Notes: a model not told the origin generated them from the sequence alone. Shown: positions 34,276 to 46,912, counted from the stretch's first letter. The stretch: 64,000 nt of DNA from Paramoeba atlantica (GCA_977017575.1 CDRNVI010000009.1:1-64000); one strand, 5' to 3'. Program-made: numbers and translations.

Positions 34276-34857
34276 CTATGGGGTTATGTCCGTGTCTATC
34301 CAGCTATGAAGTCTTAAAGGCACAGGAAAGTCTGCAAGGCAAGCGCTTCCTGTAAGCTTTGTGTTGTACCCCAGAAAGAGCTCCTCAAGCCCGCTAGGCA
34401 AGTCATGAAAATAAACTCTACCTTCAAATTTGTTGCTCATAAGATAAACCTTTTGCATACTGGGAGGCAACTGTTGAAGTTGAATCGCACCCGTAAACTT
34501 ATTGCCGCTTAGGTTAAGTATTATCAACCCTCGTGGAAATTCTTCAAAATTCACGGCCCCGGATAAGTTGTTGTCTTGAAGAAACAGATTCTCAAGGCTC
34601 CAGGGAAGATGTCGCCATTGGGGTTCACCTTCCAGATGACGGGCACTCCAACGTATGGCACGCACCATGCCTGTTTTGTCACAATCCACATCGGCCCAAT
34701 TCGAGACGGGTTGGCTCGCATTCCATGAGATGTGTGTTCCTTGAAGAGTTTGTATAAAAACACCAAGTTCGTATTCTGGAGGAAGATGTCCCCTAACTTT
34801 ACTCGCACGATACAGTGGGGAAGTACGTCGGGTATCGGCAGGTTTTACAAGCTTCAT
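34276..34857 (-). CDS. LRR-only family protein, copy 8
   Basis: RASKVRGHLPPEYEL...WADVDC cap, LRRs; ATG of MKLVK at 34857. Confidence 0.85.
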   Translation of the reverse strand: MKLVKPADTRRTSPLYRASKVRGHLPPEYELGVFIQTLQGTHISWNASQPVSNWADVDCDKTGMVRAIRWSARHLEGEPQWRHLPWSLENLFLQDNNLSGAVNFEEFPRGLIILNLSGNKFTGAIQLQQLPPSMQKVYLMSNKFEGRVYFHDLPSGLEELFLGYNTKLTGSACLADFPVPLRLHSWIDTDITP

Positions 34858-35846
34858 GCACACAAAAACAAAAAGCAACAACAAAATATGGTTCTAAAAT
34901 AAGATGATTAGAAGGTGTGGAAAAGGTGGTGTAGTTGAGATGCTGCACACGGAGATAATATACAAGGGGTACGGTTAGGTGAATACGAGGTGCTGTACGT
35001 GACAAATCAACTGTACGGATTCTGTAATGCAATAAAAAATAGCAAAAACGGATAAGAAAGGATCAATCGCTAGGGGGGAGACTTTTGGTTGACACTTTTG
35101 ATAGTGTAGGCGATAACATGTTTACAATGGTCACACCCTGGAGTAATCGATGTAGTACATTACTACCGATTACTACATTTTTCAGAAAACCACAACGAAT
35201 CAATATACAGAATGTCCTCCATTGTTTTGCATTACTTTTCGAAGCCTATTGGAAACCGGATCAATGGAGTTTAACACTTTTTATTTTTGAACGGGTCGTT
35301 TTAGGAAAGAAAAATATTTTTTAATGGCTCGTGCAAGGGTGGCGTAATCGTGAAGCTTAATTAGCTTGTTTACAAATTTATCCGCTCTATTGCATAGCTA
35401 TTGATGTTTGTACAGAATTATTGCTTGAGCCTCTAAGAAAGCCTCTAAGAAATTAGAGGACTATTCAGTCTACACACATTCAAAAAACCCACAAAATCAT
35501 GAAATAAATCGGAAAAAATAGTTGTGCGCACAAAAAACGTCCTAAAAATCCGTACTTTTTGCACCAGCGGGCACCAGGGGGTCTCTATGAAAAAAAGGCG
35601 GCAAAGCGCTTCTTTACGGGAACGAGATCTTTTCAATACTGCAAAAAATTCGTGGATTGCAAGCAAAGACAGGGTAGCTGTTAGGGAGGAGGGAGGTAGG
35701 AATATTAAGCACCATTGGGACACTTAATATTCCTGGTAGGAATAATACGAGGAATGCTAACCCGGACAGTGGTTTATTTGTTTCATATACAGTGATAATC
35801 ATAATAACGTCCTCTGGTGTGATAATTATACACCTTTAAAAAGGTG

Positions 35847-36027
35847 CTGTTCCCCCCGTTTAAGCGCACCTCGTTTTCCGTGAAAAGTGCGCTTAAACGG
35901 GAGGGGGTCTGAATCACTACACAAAAAAAAAGTGGCGCCGCTTTGCGGCCCCCGGCTCTGCACCTCAACTATGTATGTGTGCTTAAACGGGGGGTCCGAC
36001 CGTGTGCGCTTAAGGGGAGGAGGACAG
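35847..36027. mobile_element. Small CTGT-family MITE
   Basis: ctgttccccccgtttaagcgcac / gtgcgcttaaggggaggaggacag|ta, internal gtgcgcttaa repeats and a GC hairpin; left flank is tg rather than ta. Confidence 0.6.
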
Positions 36028-36452
36028 TACATCCGAAAAATCATCCCCCCCCCAAAAAAAAATATCATACATATCTTTAGAAGTTTTTGCTAAATCTCAA
36101 CAACCTACGTAGGATATGACACCGATTGCGAGGAGTGTCACGAGGAGTGTCTTTATGTCGTATCAGTCCTTCTTGTACCTGCCCCAATCATGTCCGAAAC
36201 TGCTGCTCCACACTCTCAAAAGGCAGATGTAGTAATCGAGGTAGTAATCAGTATTCGGTGTAGTAATCAGTAACCAAAATGTAGTAATTTACTATCGATT
36301 AATCATCATGTAGTAATTTACTACAAGATTAATCCAGGGTACGAATGTTTGACACGGCAAATTAAAGATTTAAAGTCATTCAGACCCCTTAATTGATGAC
36401 AGCATTTGATATTCCTACTTTATTATTTAAATGAACCACTATTATCGATTGA

Positions 36453-37082
36453 CTATTCCATGGCAATCGGCTCTATCGTAATTCCTGTCCCTTTTACCTC
36501 AAAAAAGAAATACTCCTCATATTTCAAGGATGCACAGGTACCCGTAAGTCTCATGTTATGCGCGAGGTTCAATTTCACCAACGACGACGGAACAGCCTCA
36601 AAATCAAACACTCCCGAAAAGTTATTCCACTCCACGTCCAGTTTTTTCATTGCTCGCGGTAGCAATGCGGCCTCCAAATTTCCTTCCAGCTCGTTGAAGG
36701 AAAGATCCAAGGACTCCAACCCTCCCGGGAGACTTGCCAGCTGAAGTTTCCCGGTGAGTTGGTTACGCAGACCCAACCTGCGCGTGCGATCCCACCCACA
36801 CGCTATGACCTCCACGGAGGCGGGGGTGTGCTCCCAACGCATCGGGCCCTTGAGCTCCATGCCGTTCCATTCTATCGTGGCGACCTCCCCGGAGGGGCTG
36901 ACCCGGACCCCGGTCCATTGACTCGCTGGGGTGTCCCGGGTCCACTGCGCTGGAGCATTTTCTAAATCCTGAACCATACGAGAGAGAGAAAACTCCGGGG
37001 GGAGGTTAGCGCGGGAGACTTTCCCGCGGCGCGAAGATGAACGCGGCGGTTCCGTGTCACAACAAGGATACAGTAGACGCAT
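36453..37082 (-). CDS. LRR-only family protein, copy 9
   Basis: RRGKVSRANLPPEFSL; shares an insertion before NQLTG with copy 2; N-cap cysteines replaced. Confidence 0.85.
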   Translation of the reverse strand: MRLLYPCCDTEPPRSSSRRGKVSRANLPPEFSLSRMVQDLENAPAQWTRDTPASQWTGVRVSPSGEVATIEWNGMELKGPMRWEHTPASVEVIACGWDRTRRLGLRNQLTGKLQLASLPGGLESLDLSFNELEGNLEAALLPRAMKKLDVEWNNFSGVFDFEAVPSSLVKLNLAHNMRLTGTCASLKYEEYFFFEVKGTGITIEPIAME

Positions 37083-37210
37083 GTAGAAATGAGAGATGAA
37101 TCTACAAGTGTAGAAGGAAGAGGACCTTGGAACTATTTATAACACTTATTTAGATAGTTTTAATTATTTAGATAGATATTATAAACTACACTATACATAT
37201 CCAAAATATA

Positions 37211-37962
37211 CAGGGGGGTAAATCAGATGCTGCGGGGGGTCTAAAAATTGCGAAACCTTTCCAACTTTGGAAAATGATAGCGCATTCGAGAGCTCTCGCA
37301 GAGTTCTATGTTTTAGAAAAGGCAGCTTCCCGGGGACAACGACTTCGTTTTCTTTAAAGGTTCTAAAACTTCTATTGTGGCAAGGAACATTATCCGAAAA
37401 CGAAAAAATGAGCAAATTTGGGAAAAACTGCATATTTTAGAGGGGCAAAAAAACTTTAAAAAAATGCCATAAACAAAATTGCTTTCTTTTGAGGTGAAAA
37501 TAGCGCAAAAACATAAAGGGGGGGTTCGTCTATTATTAACAAACTTTTTTGCTAATAATAGACGGTTTGTTAATAATAGATGAAATAATACCCCCTTTTT
37601 CAATAAAAGATGAACTTTTCATCTATTATTAACAATAGACCTTTTCGGCTTATTTTAGGCTTGTTTCCTACCCTTGTCCCCAAGAATAACCCCACTTTTA
37701 CGAAAAAAAGCTCCATGAAAGTTAGTTTTAGCGAATTTTCCTTTAGGGAAGCTGCGATAAATGAAGAAAAATAATTCTTGTTAATAATATATGAATGTTA
37801 ATAATAGATGAAATAATACCATTTTTAATAATAGATGGTTGTTAATAATAGACGAACCCCCCTTTTAGAACTCTGCGAGAGCTCTCGAATGAGCTATCCA
37901 TTTCCAAAATTGGAAGGGTTTTGCAATTTTTAGACCCCCCGCAGCATCTGATTACCCGCCTG
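37211..37962. mobile_element. Non-autonomous Tc1-family element (~100-bp TIRs, TA TSD) with a nested TIR element at ~37516-37865
   Basis: ta|caggggggtaaatcagatgctgcggggggtctaaaa...gcgcattcgagagctctc and inverse ending cccgcctg|ta; shares the TIR core with 20749-22301. Inner TIR aaggggggttcgtctattattaac. Confidence 0.85.
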
Positions 37963-38120
37963 TATGTATCACTATTTTTTCCGCAATAGAACCAAAACAC
38001 GTTGTTCGCGCCACAGGCAGCCCGAAACTCCGTCAAAAAGGACTTTTTAAATAGGACAGTAGGCTACCACTTGTACAACATTACGAATGATAACTTTGCT
38101 CACTTCATTTTTCATGCGTA

Positions 38121-38960
38121 TTATTTCTTTTGCCCACGGACGTGACAAACTATTTTAGTTTTGTGTATGTACACCAGTGCTCTTGCTTGTGGTGTTGGAA
38201 ACAACGTTTCAGAAAGAATGGACTCGTCAACCACACCGTAGATATCAGGGTTGTCATTTACGTACATGTATTGCATTCCTGATGGAAGAGAATCAAAGAT
38301 AACGAGGCCCGAAAAGCAATTGAAACTGGCACAAATACACTCAAGTAATGGTGGCAAGTGTTGCAATTGAAGGGGACCTGAAAATCGGTTTGCTGATATG
38401 TCAAGAAGTCGCATATTAGGCGGCAAATGCGAAAGATCGACGCCACCGGAAAATTTGTTGTACGAGAGTCTTAATTCTTGCAGGCTAAGAGATAAATGGG
38501 CAAGATCTACACCTCCTTCAAACCGGTTGTGCTGCAGATGAATAAGGCGTATGGTAGCAGGCAAACACGTTAGACATATCCCACCGGTAAACCTGTTGTG
38601 CCGTAGTTCCAACTCAACCAAATGAGGTGGCAACGCTTCGAGAGTCACGGACCCAGATAGCTGATTATCCACGAAGATACCACGAACAAGCGATCGTGGT
38701 AAATATTCACATGAAAAATAACCTGTCAGACGCTTAAAACCCCAAGTCATCTCAACCACATTGTTCGCAGAATCACATTTAACTCCTTCCCAATTGCATG
38801 GGGAGACGCTTTGGACATGTCCAAATGAATTCTTCTTAGTTGTACGCCATGACTCATGTTTTTCGGTGAAATTGTCAATAAATCGTTGGATCAAAGCTGC
38901 TTGAGGCAGTAACATAGGGGTAACCTTACCGCGACGTGAGTTGGAACCGCTGTCTTTCAT
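38121..38960 (-). CDS. LRR-only family protein, copy 10
   Basis: RRGKVTPMLLPQ...PCNWEGVKC, about 7 LRRs; alternative ATGs at 38981 and 39023. Confidence 0.88.
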   Translation of the reverse strand: MKDSGSNSRRGKVTPMLLPQAALIQRFIDNFTEKHESWRTTKKNSFGHVQSVSPCNWEGVKCDSANNVVEMTWGFKRLTGYFSCEYLPRSLVRGIFVDNQLSGSVTLEALPPHLVELELRHNRFTGGICLTCLPATIRLIHLQHNRFEGGVDLAHLSLSLQELRLSYNKFSGGVDLSHLPPNMRLLDISANRFSGPLQLQHLPPLLECICASFNCFSGLVIFDSLPSGMQYMYVNDNPDIYGVVDESILSETLFPTPQARALVYIHKTKIVCHVRGQKK

Positions 38961-39140
38961 AAGTGTGCCTCGTACGTTCATTTGTACAAAATCGTAAAAG
39001 CAGTACTTACAGTCCGGTTTCAAAGATCCCTTTCACAGAACTACTGACTGTGGACGACAACGAACTAATCCCGTTCGTTGAATATTCGACGTAGAGAGAG
39101 TAGAGACGTACACAAATCTTTGTTTTACCATTTTCTTTCT

Positions 39141-39426
39141 AAAAATATCCGAACTTGGCGGACCCGTCCTGCGGATACCGGGGGGGGGGTCACCCCCGAG
39201 TAGGGGGGCAGAAATTACGCGCCAAGACCCCGGCTACCCCTTGAGGGACGAAAAAACTTTTTTTCGAAAAACGTTTCGTGCGGTATGCCCCTTCTAGAAA
39301 TTTGGACCGCCGGAGCCCCTTATGTGAATCTTTCTTTTATTGTATTACTGTGTTCTTCTTTTTCACTGCTTTTGCCCACTTTATTTTTCAATAATCGATG
39401 GTAGAGCGGTAGTCATACAACCAGCG
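39141..39426 (-). mobile_element. Inverted, internally deleted copy of repeat A
   Basis: ccgaacttggcggacccgtcctgcggatac is the reverse complement of ~19860-19895. Confidence 0.7.
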
Positions 39427-39711
39427 TAATTACTAGTAATTGCGGGACGTTTGACCCAAAAGGGGGCGTCCCTGGATTAAAGTTTCCCGTAAAAACAGCG
39501 TATGTACAAAGTATGTAAGTTCCGAGATGTATTTAGTTAGTCTAATCTGGAGTGTTTTGCTTATTACAAATACCCGCTTAGGTTCTCGATTCTTAGTTTC
39601 CAAGAATGCGGGATCTTTTACAAGTAAGAAAATCATTCCCAGGAAAGGCATAATGTTTCTCTCTATCTGCGTATCATTATGGTTCATGCAGTTTCCGCAT
39701 TGTAGCTTGAA

Positions 39712-40341
39712 TCACACCAAAGAGGGATCTAAGGTTTGGACACAAGAGGGGAGGATTCCAGAAGGAAATGTTAGTCGCGTGTTGAAGAGCGTAAGCCGTT
39801 CTAGGCCATGAGGAAGTTTCGAAAGATCAGGTGTTCCTTTAATAGGATTGTCATGAAGGAAGATCTCCATCATGGTTTCTGGAAAAGCGGTAAAATCCGG
39901 ACTGCCCCGTATCTTGTTTGTGCTCAGATCCAATACGAGAAGCGAAGGAGGAAGATCACTTACTTCAAGGGACCCGCTGATACCCAGACGGCAAAGAATC
40001 AGCTCTAAGAGACCTCGCGGTAATGATGCAAAATCAACGAGTGGAATATCGCCATTTATGTACACACAACCGCTGTCAAACCTAAATCCTGAACTCAAAT
40101 CCAAATGCAACAAAGAGCTCGACAAGTGAGACCAATGTAGTTGACCAGAAATCCCAAGACGATCTCACTGCAACCTTTGAACACGATTTTTCTCATCACA
40201 CATCACACCCTGCCACTCACATGCGGGTGTATGCGTAGTCCACGATTTTCGAGGGTTCGGAATATCTTTGATGAAGAGAGCGAGAGTGTACTCTTGCGGT
40301 AAATCTGCACCACGAACTCGATGTGCCACGCTGTCCGACAT
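39712..40341 (-). pseudogene. LRR-only family copy 11, paralogue of copy 1 with an in-frame TGA at codon 59
   Basis: RLQ*DRLGISG versus RLEWSGLGLSG in copy 1; TGA at 40165-40167; rest of frame open. Confidence 0.85.
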
Positions 40342-41040
40342 ACTTATAAATCAAGAAGGTTACCAATTGAAACGATTATTAAGGATAAAAGTAATTAAGG
40401 CAGAACGAATTTAAAAATTAATTATTGCCTCAATTAAAGTTGCCTTAATTAAAGTGGCGCTGATAAAAGCCCAAAAAAGTTCGTATTAATATTGTTGTTT
40501 GTAGCATAAGTATCACATTTCTGCTAAAAGTGCTCAATTTCTGATCATTTGTCATGTTTTTCGAACTTTTCTAGACGAGCTTCGCCCGTTTCGCCTACCT
40601 TTACGGTCTTCAACCAGTTCAACGTGTGAGAGAAAAGCTAAAACGATCATTGAAAGAAGTCTGAGACGAAATCATGAAATTAATTTTCCCCAAAATGATA
40701 AAAAATTAATTATTGCCTTAATTAAAGTTGCCTTAATTTTATTTACCCTTAATTGAAGTTTCTACGGTATATCGAAGCTAAGTTCGTACGCTAGTGTGTT
40801 CGAACGTACATGTGTGTATTCTACATGTGTGTATTCTTATTTCTACATGTACATGTATTAGAATACATGTATGTATTCTATTGTACGATACTTGACCATA
40901 CAAGTATTCTACATAAAGTTTTTGTAAAAGTAAAGCGAATCCGATAGAGCAGTGATGAATAGTTCGACTTACATGTCGAATTACTTACATGTATGAATTG
41001 ACTCGATTTTGAACAAACGTTTGTAGAATAGTTTTTTTTT

Positions 41041-41729
41041 GGGTACAGACCACTTATATTGCACCCACTTTCAAAATAATGATATGAATGCATTGAAATG
41101 TTTTCTTGCGCAGTGTAATTTCACACACTTTATCTCACTTCCTCCATCCGCCTACTTTACGTCAAAAAAATGTTGCAGTACGCTTAAAGTTGGCCACTTT
41201 ACACGTCAAATGCCCATGCACAGATAAAATGCTTGTGGGCAGATAAACTGCCAATGGACAGATAAAATGTCACAAAAAAAAGCTTGGCGTCAGTGCCACA
41301 TGGCAGTGGAGGGGAAGACCGCTAGGAGGTCCCGCCTCCTGCTAGGAGGTGAGTGTCCTCCCATGTTGGACCATGCTGCCCCATATTAGGGCTGTGGGAA
41401 ATATTGAGAAGACTCCTAGTTTACCTGTCTGGAGGTAAGGCCCAACTTTGAGCGTAGCCCACGTCTGTGAGCAAAGCCCAACTGTGGGCGTATCCCTGGT
41501 ACAGAATTATATTTTAGCTCCCCTGCACACAGAGGCGAGCGGGGGCGCGTACTAAGAACCAACGTTTGTCCCTTCCGCAGGCTTATGTACTTGTTTTCCT
41601 ATGTTGTGTGACCGGGCGTGTGATCCAGTAGCTTTTTAGGATATGCTGTCCATTTCAACTCTGTGGCACAGTTTGACCCAAAAAATAGAAAAGTGGGTGC
41701 TATATACTTATTGTAAGTGGGCATTACCC
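41041..41729. mobile_element. Second GGGTA-terminated MITE, inserted into another repeat
   Basis: Collinear with 29199-29885; the empty site of the host repeat is at ~45720-45920. Confidence 0.88.
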
Positions 41730-42323
41730 GTTCTTTTATTTTTCATTCATTGCTTTGACACGCTCTTCTTGCGAGCGTGGGATGAGCGGGCGCCGTATAC
41801 CGTTACCCTCCCCTTACTTAGCCCCCACTTTTTGTTCCAAAACCCATACTTTGTGGTGAAGTAAGGGGGGTGGTGAAGTAAGGGGGGTGGATAAGTGATT
41901 CAAAGCTCGATCAATTTATAGTTCTCTAGGAAATCCTCAAATTATTTAAGTACACTATGCTATCGACATTAAGTATAATTTTCTTTTCCTGAGTGTTGCA
42001 CATTCGTGTTGCACATTCTATATTTTGTGTTTCTTTTAGCTTGTGTACTTTCAAAATGTGATCGCCTCACAGAGGACGGCAGAAAATACGACCTTCTTGT
42101 CTTCACCTTGTCGTGGCACTCTGGCTTAATACCCTTTGGGTTAACGAAGAAATGGCCAATTTATGTTGTACAACCCCGTTCACATTTACTTCCCACAATT
42201 GATTGAGCGGCTCGCGGGAACTTTTCGACTAATTCCTTCGTGATGCGCGACGTACGTCCGTTGTGCGCCTTAGAAAAATGCCTTTTCGTTCATTATTTCC
42301 ACATCAACGCAGCTAGATACATA

Positions 42324-42405
42324 CAGGGGTGTAAATTGTGGGGGGGGTCTAAAATTTGTAAAACTTAGCCATTTTTGGAAAATAATAGCGCATTCGAGAG
42401 CTCCC
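42324..42405 (+). mobile_element. Solo left TIR of the Tc1/MITE family
   Basis: ta|caggggtgtaaattgtggggggggtctaaaatttgtaaaac...atagcgcattcgagagctc. Confidence 0.7.
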
Positions 42406-43499
42406 GAACAGGGCTCATGAAGGAAACAAGGCCGAACTATGCACAAGGGGGTATTGCCCCCTATACAAAGCGCCCCCAAACGCTATTTGCAACTTTCTAA
42501 AACAATAGCAAATATCGAAAAAAAAAATTATAATTGCTATTATCGTTGATTAATCTCAATCACAATACAGCATCGCTTTCGAAAACTCTTCATGACATTT
42601 TCAGGGGCCTTGAAACGCTGCTTCGATCGCAATGATCAAATCTGCACGATTCCGAGAGGCTCAAACATTTTTGGAGTCGCCCAATGTGGAACATGATTTT
42701 TTAATGCGAAAAAGATTGTGTTGTTTCGTAATCAGCAACAAGAATCATGCACCAGCTTGCTTTTACGTTCCCAGGCGAAGAATAAACCCTTTCGTAGTCT
42801 TTGTGTTCGGGTGATGGCCCACAACCCCATCTTTGTAGCATTATTTGTAAGCATCTTTGTAGCAGGGTTAAAGGAGGCCACAGACGTGAGCGGGAAGTAT
42901 GGCGTCACGCACGTGACGCTCACTTCCCGATCCGTCGCCGGCCGGATGCCCAACCCTAGTCGTGTTTGAGGGTCGCGTTTTTTCTTTTAAAAAGAATCAG
43001 CATGAAAGTGATTAGTAGCCGAGGGACCCCTGAATACACTGACAGAGCTAAATTACCGTTGGGCGAGGGATCTCCGGATCCACCAACGTCGAGCTGTCGG
43101 GCAAGGGATCTCCGGATCCCTTGCAGAATTTAAGTGATCCGTGTTATTAGAGATATTCTATGGCCATTCTTCCGGGAAGTTGTTTTGGCTCACGACTACT
43201 GTACGTGCAATGTATGTACGTATATCTGGTTGCTCTCAGGAACTTTTTGTTTGCAAAGGAACTCTGTTCTCACTGACAAACAAGGATGTCTAAAAAAATT
43301 ATAAGAAGTGATTTTTTACCGGGGAACATACATGCAATGTATGTGAAGAAGTGAAAATGCAAGTGAAGGTTGTCCATAAAAAACTACAATACCACACAGA
43401 AGAGTGGTTTATTCACAAGAGTGCAACTGTTCACAATTTTAGCGGTTTACAGATGCAAACATTCCCTAATCTCATCAACTCTTCTCTTTTTCTTCCGTA

Positions 43500-44365
43500 T
43501 TAAGTCAATGGACTCTGTATCAGACATAGTTAATTTCATCGCGGATGCAGAAATATGACCTGAATCTCAGAACCCAGAAGATGCGCTTGAGGAACTCGCT
43601 TCCTTAAAAGGATGAATGTCAGCCTTCGTTCTATGATTACGGCAGTGCTGCCGGGTGCGATACAACATGCTAAAAGCACGAGTTCTGTAGACCACGTATT
43701 GGAAAAAGCTGCAGCTCTGGCCGGGAGCGGAGCCACTGAAGAAAGGGTTGCAAGCATAAAAGGAACCTTAAATGCCCTTCAGATTGGAAATTTCGCATCG
43801 GAAAGAATCCCTGACAACGTAATTCTGCATCTGCGTGATGAATTGTGGAGTCTACAGCCATTGAACGCAAAAGAACATGAATAAAAGGTAAAGGATAGCA
43901 GCCGCAGCAGCGTTATTCGTGGGGCACAAGACGTCCTAGAGGCCTTCGTTCCTCTTATAGGATCTCCGAGTGATCCTCGATGTGGGCGGCTGATACATCA
44001 TTACCTTTCCAACAAAGGCTTTTCATCCGAACCGTGGCTCACGAACAGAGTAGTGGAATATGTCCGGAGCCAAATAGGAACGGACCCGGATAAAATAATG
44101 TGCGCCGAAACTATGGTAAAGCTAGACCCCGGGGGTTCAACTGCCAATGGTACGAGTGCAACAAGTGCGTCTCTCGTATTGGGCGTTACTTTGCAAGTTG
44201 GGAGCAGCCATTTACTTTCAACGGCTTGCCGCTCAAGGAACCTATGTATCACAAGATGCGATAGAAGATCTTCTAAATCGCGAGGTCTCGACCACAGACA
44301 AATGTATAATCTCGGTTCTGGCAAGCCACCAGGCCACAAATCAGCTTTCCAGGTATGGTGCACGA
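43500..44365 (+). pseudogene. Degenerate homologue of the putative gag-like ORF at 10387
   Basis: Shared VLPGAI and VRL..W..LCK.GA...IIxxLAxH blocks; stops and frameshifts. Confidence 0.45.
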
Positions 44366-44639
44366 ACGATGTTTGTCTCTATTAAAGGGGGGGCTCAAAT
44401 GAGAATCCGAAACAAGAAAAACAAAAATCGGCGCCGCTTCGTGGCGCCTTTTTCCCAAGCCTTAAATATATGCACATGTGAGGGTCCTTTTACAACTACT
44501 CAGAATAGTAAACATGTAGTACTCAGAGTAGTAAACATGTTTTACAGAAACGGTATATTTATCGTTGGAGCAGCTGTTCTACTCATGTTTCTGCGTAATA
44601 AGGACTGCTACTAGCGCAAAGTAAACGAGAAAATAAAAG

Positions 44640-45100
44640 CGCAAGAACGCTGTTACAGTTTTCTTAGGGTTGGTATCCATAATTTGGGGTTGGGCGCATC
44701 CGATCGGTGCGAGCGTATAGCCCTGTACTACTCCATTGACGAAAACAGCAGTCCCATCACCGAAGAACGCAAATCTGTAGCGGCGAACTGCATTTTGACT
44801 ATACAGTTTTTCTGCCTGTGCGATGCCTCAACGTCTATGCGTCCGATCGCCTCAACGTCAATGCGATGCTCAACGTCTGCAGGGGCAAGGCACTGAGTTC
44901 TTTCCCAACGCAGCCACACCCACCCGTAATACTTTCGAAAAAACAAATACGTCTCTTCGAGTGCGTTTACGGATGTCAGACCTGTGTGCTCTCGAATCAT
45001 ATCCATAACGATGGTTTTGGTAAGAGGGCACGAGAGGGAAGAAGCTTGCTCGCATGCGCGATGTACGCGTTCCATAGCAACTGCTTTACTGTACGTTATG
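44640..45100 (-). pseudogene. pogo-like transposase remnant (CENP-B-type HTH region)
   Basis: CPLTKTIVMDMI...FFRKYYG and downstream YTLAPIG, compared with RTLAPKG in the 55-kb pogo remnant. Confidence 0.45.
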
Positions 45101-46036
45101 GGCTCCGCGTCATTATAATCCCCCCTCTTCCATTAAAACCGCGATTTCTGCAGCTGCCGCCCATGGAACGATTGATCAAGTTTTGATAATGTTTCGCTCC
45201 TCGGTTGCGTATTTTGTACAAGGCACTTCGATAGAGTCTGTACTTATTCTGTATCTTGGATACCGGCGATTTCGACAGGCATATATCGCGCTTGTCATAC
45301 ATACTTAACTCTACTCGCTCTCTCTTTTCACGGACAGTGCTTGGAAGAGGATTATTTGTTATTTCGAGTGTCGGATTCCGATTCGTGGCGCTGGAAGTTC
45401 TGTAATAATCCAGGAGCTTAGAGACCCACACAAAGAACGAACTGTGTTGGGAATACCATCTTTCAATTTCACAGGTGGATGATAGCATTGGTAGAGATTC
45501 TTGAACGTTCGGTGAATTCTAAGTATTTTTCCTCCCATTTTAAGCAACATCCCAATTTTTTCTCTACTTTCGCCAAAAAATACCCCCCAAACAAATTCCC
45601 CCAAAAATTTGTCTCTAATAAAGGGGGGGATGAGGGGGGTCTCTATTAAAGTGGGGGCCACATTATGTATTCTTATTTCTACATGTATGTATATTCTATT
45701 ACACATGTCATATGTATTCTATCGTACGATACTTGACCACACAAGTATTGTACATAAATTTTTTGTAAAAGTAAAACGAATCCGATAGAGCAGTGATGAA
45801 TAGTTCGTCTCATGAAATGTCTCGATTTCAAAAAAAAGTTTGTAGAATAGTTTTTTTATTTTTCGTTCATTGCTTTGACCCGCGCCTCTTGCGAGCGTGG
45901 GCATGAGCGGGTGCCGTATATTCTGAGGGGAGACAAGTTCCACTGCCGGCAAACCAATTTCTGATTGATGACTGATGGCGATTGTTTCCTTCTCTTATAG
46001 CATGCAAAAATCTGAAGTTTACAGACTGAGGTATTT

Positions 46037-46912
46037 CTATTCAGTCATTCGTAGCTCTGTTCCCTCGTAATAAAAGTTTACCAATGAGTCAGGTAAAGCC
46101 GAGCCCTTAACATCGCCCGATAGTTTTGAATTGTCACAGAGGTTTAAAGTTTGTAAGCACTGAGGGAGAGAACTGAGTTGTACCACTCCCGAAAAACAGT
46201 TGTCTGCCAGCTCCAGAAAACGAAGAGAACAGGGCAAGTGTAGGAAATCTGGCGTCCCTGTAAAAGCGTTAAAGCTAAGATCAAGGGATGCCATGAAGTG
46301 GGGCAAACGTTCTAGCGCAATGGCCCCGGAGAATTGATTCTGTGCAACCGAAAGATCAACCAAGCAAAGAGGGATATGGGTTAGATCTACGTCCCCATGT
46401 AAAGAATTGTCATCCAAGAATAGCTGCAGTAAGCGATTCGACCCGTACGGCAACGCTAGCGTTCCGCTCAATCGATTCTCCGAGACATAGAAACGAGACA
46501 GCGAGGAGGGAAGCGACTCCAGTTGTAGCGCTCCAACCAACATATTGGAGCTTACAAGAAAATGTTTTGTGGATCGTGGCATCCACTCCCATTGTAGCGA
46601 CCCGGAGAGTTTCAAATGGCTCCACTGAATCTCAAACACCTGACCTTCGAAATTACACCTCACATGAAACCAAGTACAGGCCGGAATGGATGCGTTCCAT
46701 GAGGGATGAGGACTTTGAATATTTGCAATCAGTCGTGTGAGCTCAAACTCCTGTGGGAGATCTGTTCCACGAACTTTGCCCAGACGAACGGTTTGTAAGG
46801 ACCGCTTTTCTTCTCCTAGCGCACTGGAGTCACTGTTTGGCTTTCGTCGCTTTGCTAAAGGCGATGAACTCTCGGATAATTGAACGGCGCGTGTTTGTGG
46901 GGTAATAAACAT
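46037..46912 (-). CDS. LRR-only family protein, copy 12
   Basis: RLGKVRGTDLPQEFEL...PACTWFHVRC, about 8 LRRs. Confidence 0.9.
   Translation of the reverse strand: MFITPQTRAVQLSESSSPLAKRRKPNSDSSALGEEKRSLQTVRLGKVRGTDLPQEFELTRLIANIQSPHPSWNASIPACTWFHVRCNFEGQVFEIQWSHLKLSGSLQWEWMPRSTKHFLVSSNMLVGALQLESLPSSLSRFYVSENRLSGTLALPYGSNRLLQLFLDDNSLHGDVDLTHIPLCLVDLSVAQNQFSGAIALERLPHFMASLDLSFNAFTGTPDFLHLPCSLRFLELADNCFSGVVQLSSLPQCLQTLNLCDNSKLSGDVKGSALPDSLVNFYYEGTELRMTE

Noticed and set aside
40165-40167. TGA at Trp positions (also near 6206 in the Merlin fragment), suggesting UGA=Trp recoding
   Set aside because: TGA ends several intact ORFs (13676, 16140, 24859, 53850, transposase 22088), and TAG also replaces Trp near 59965; simple G-to-A changes explain these.
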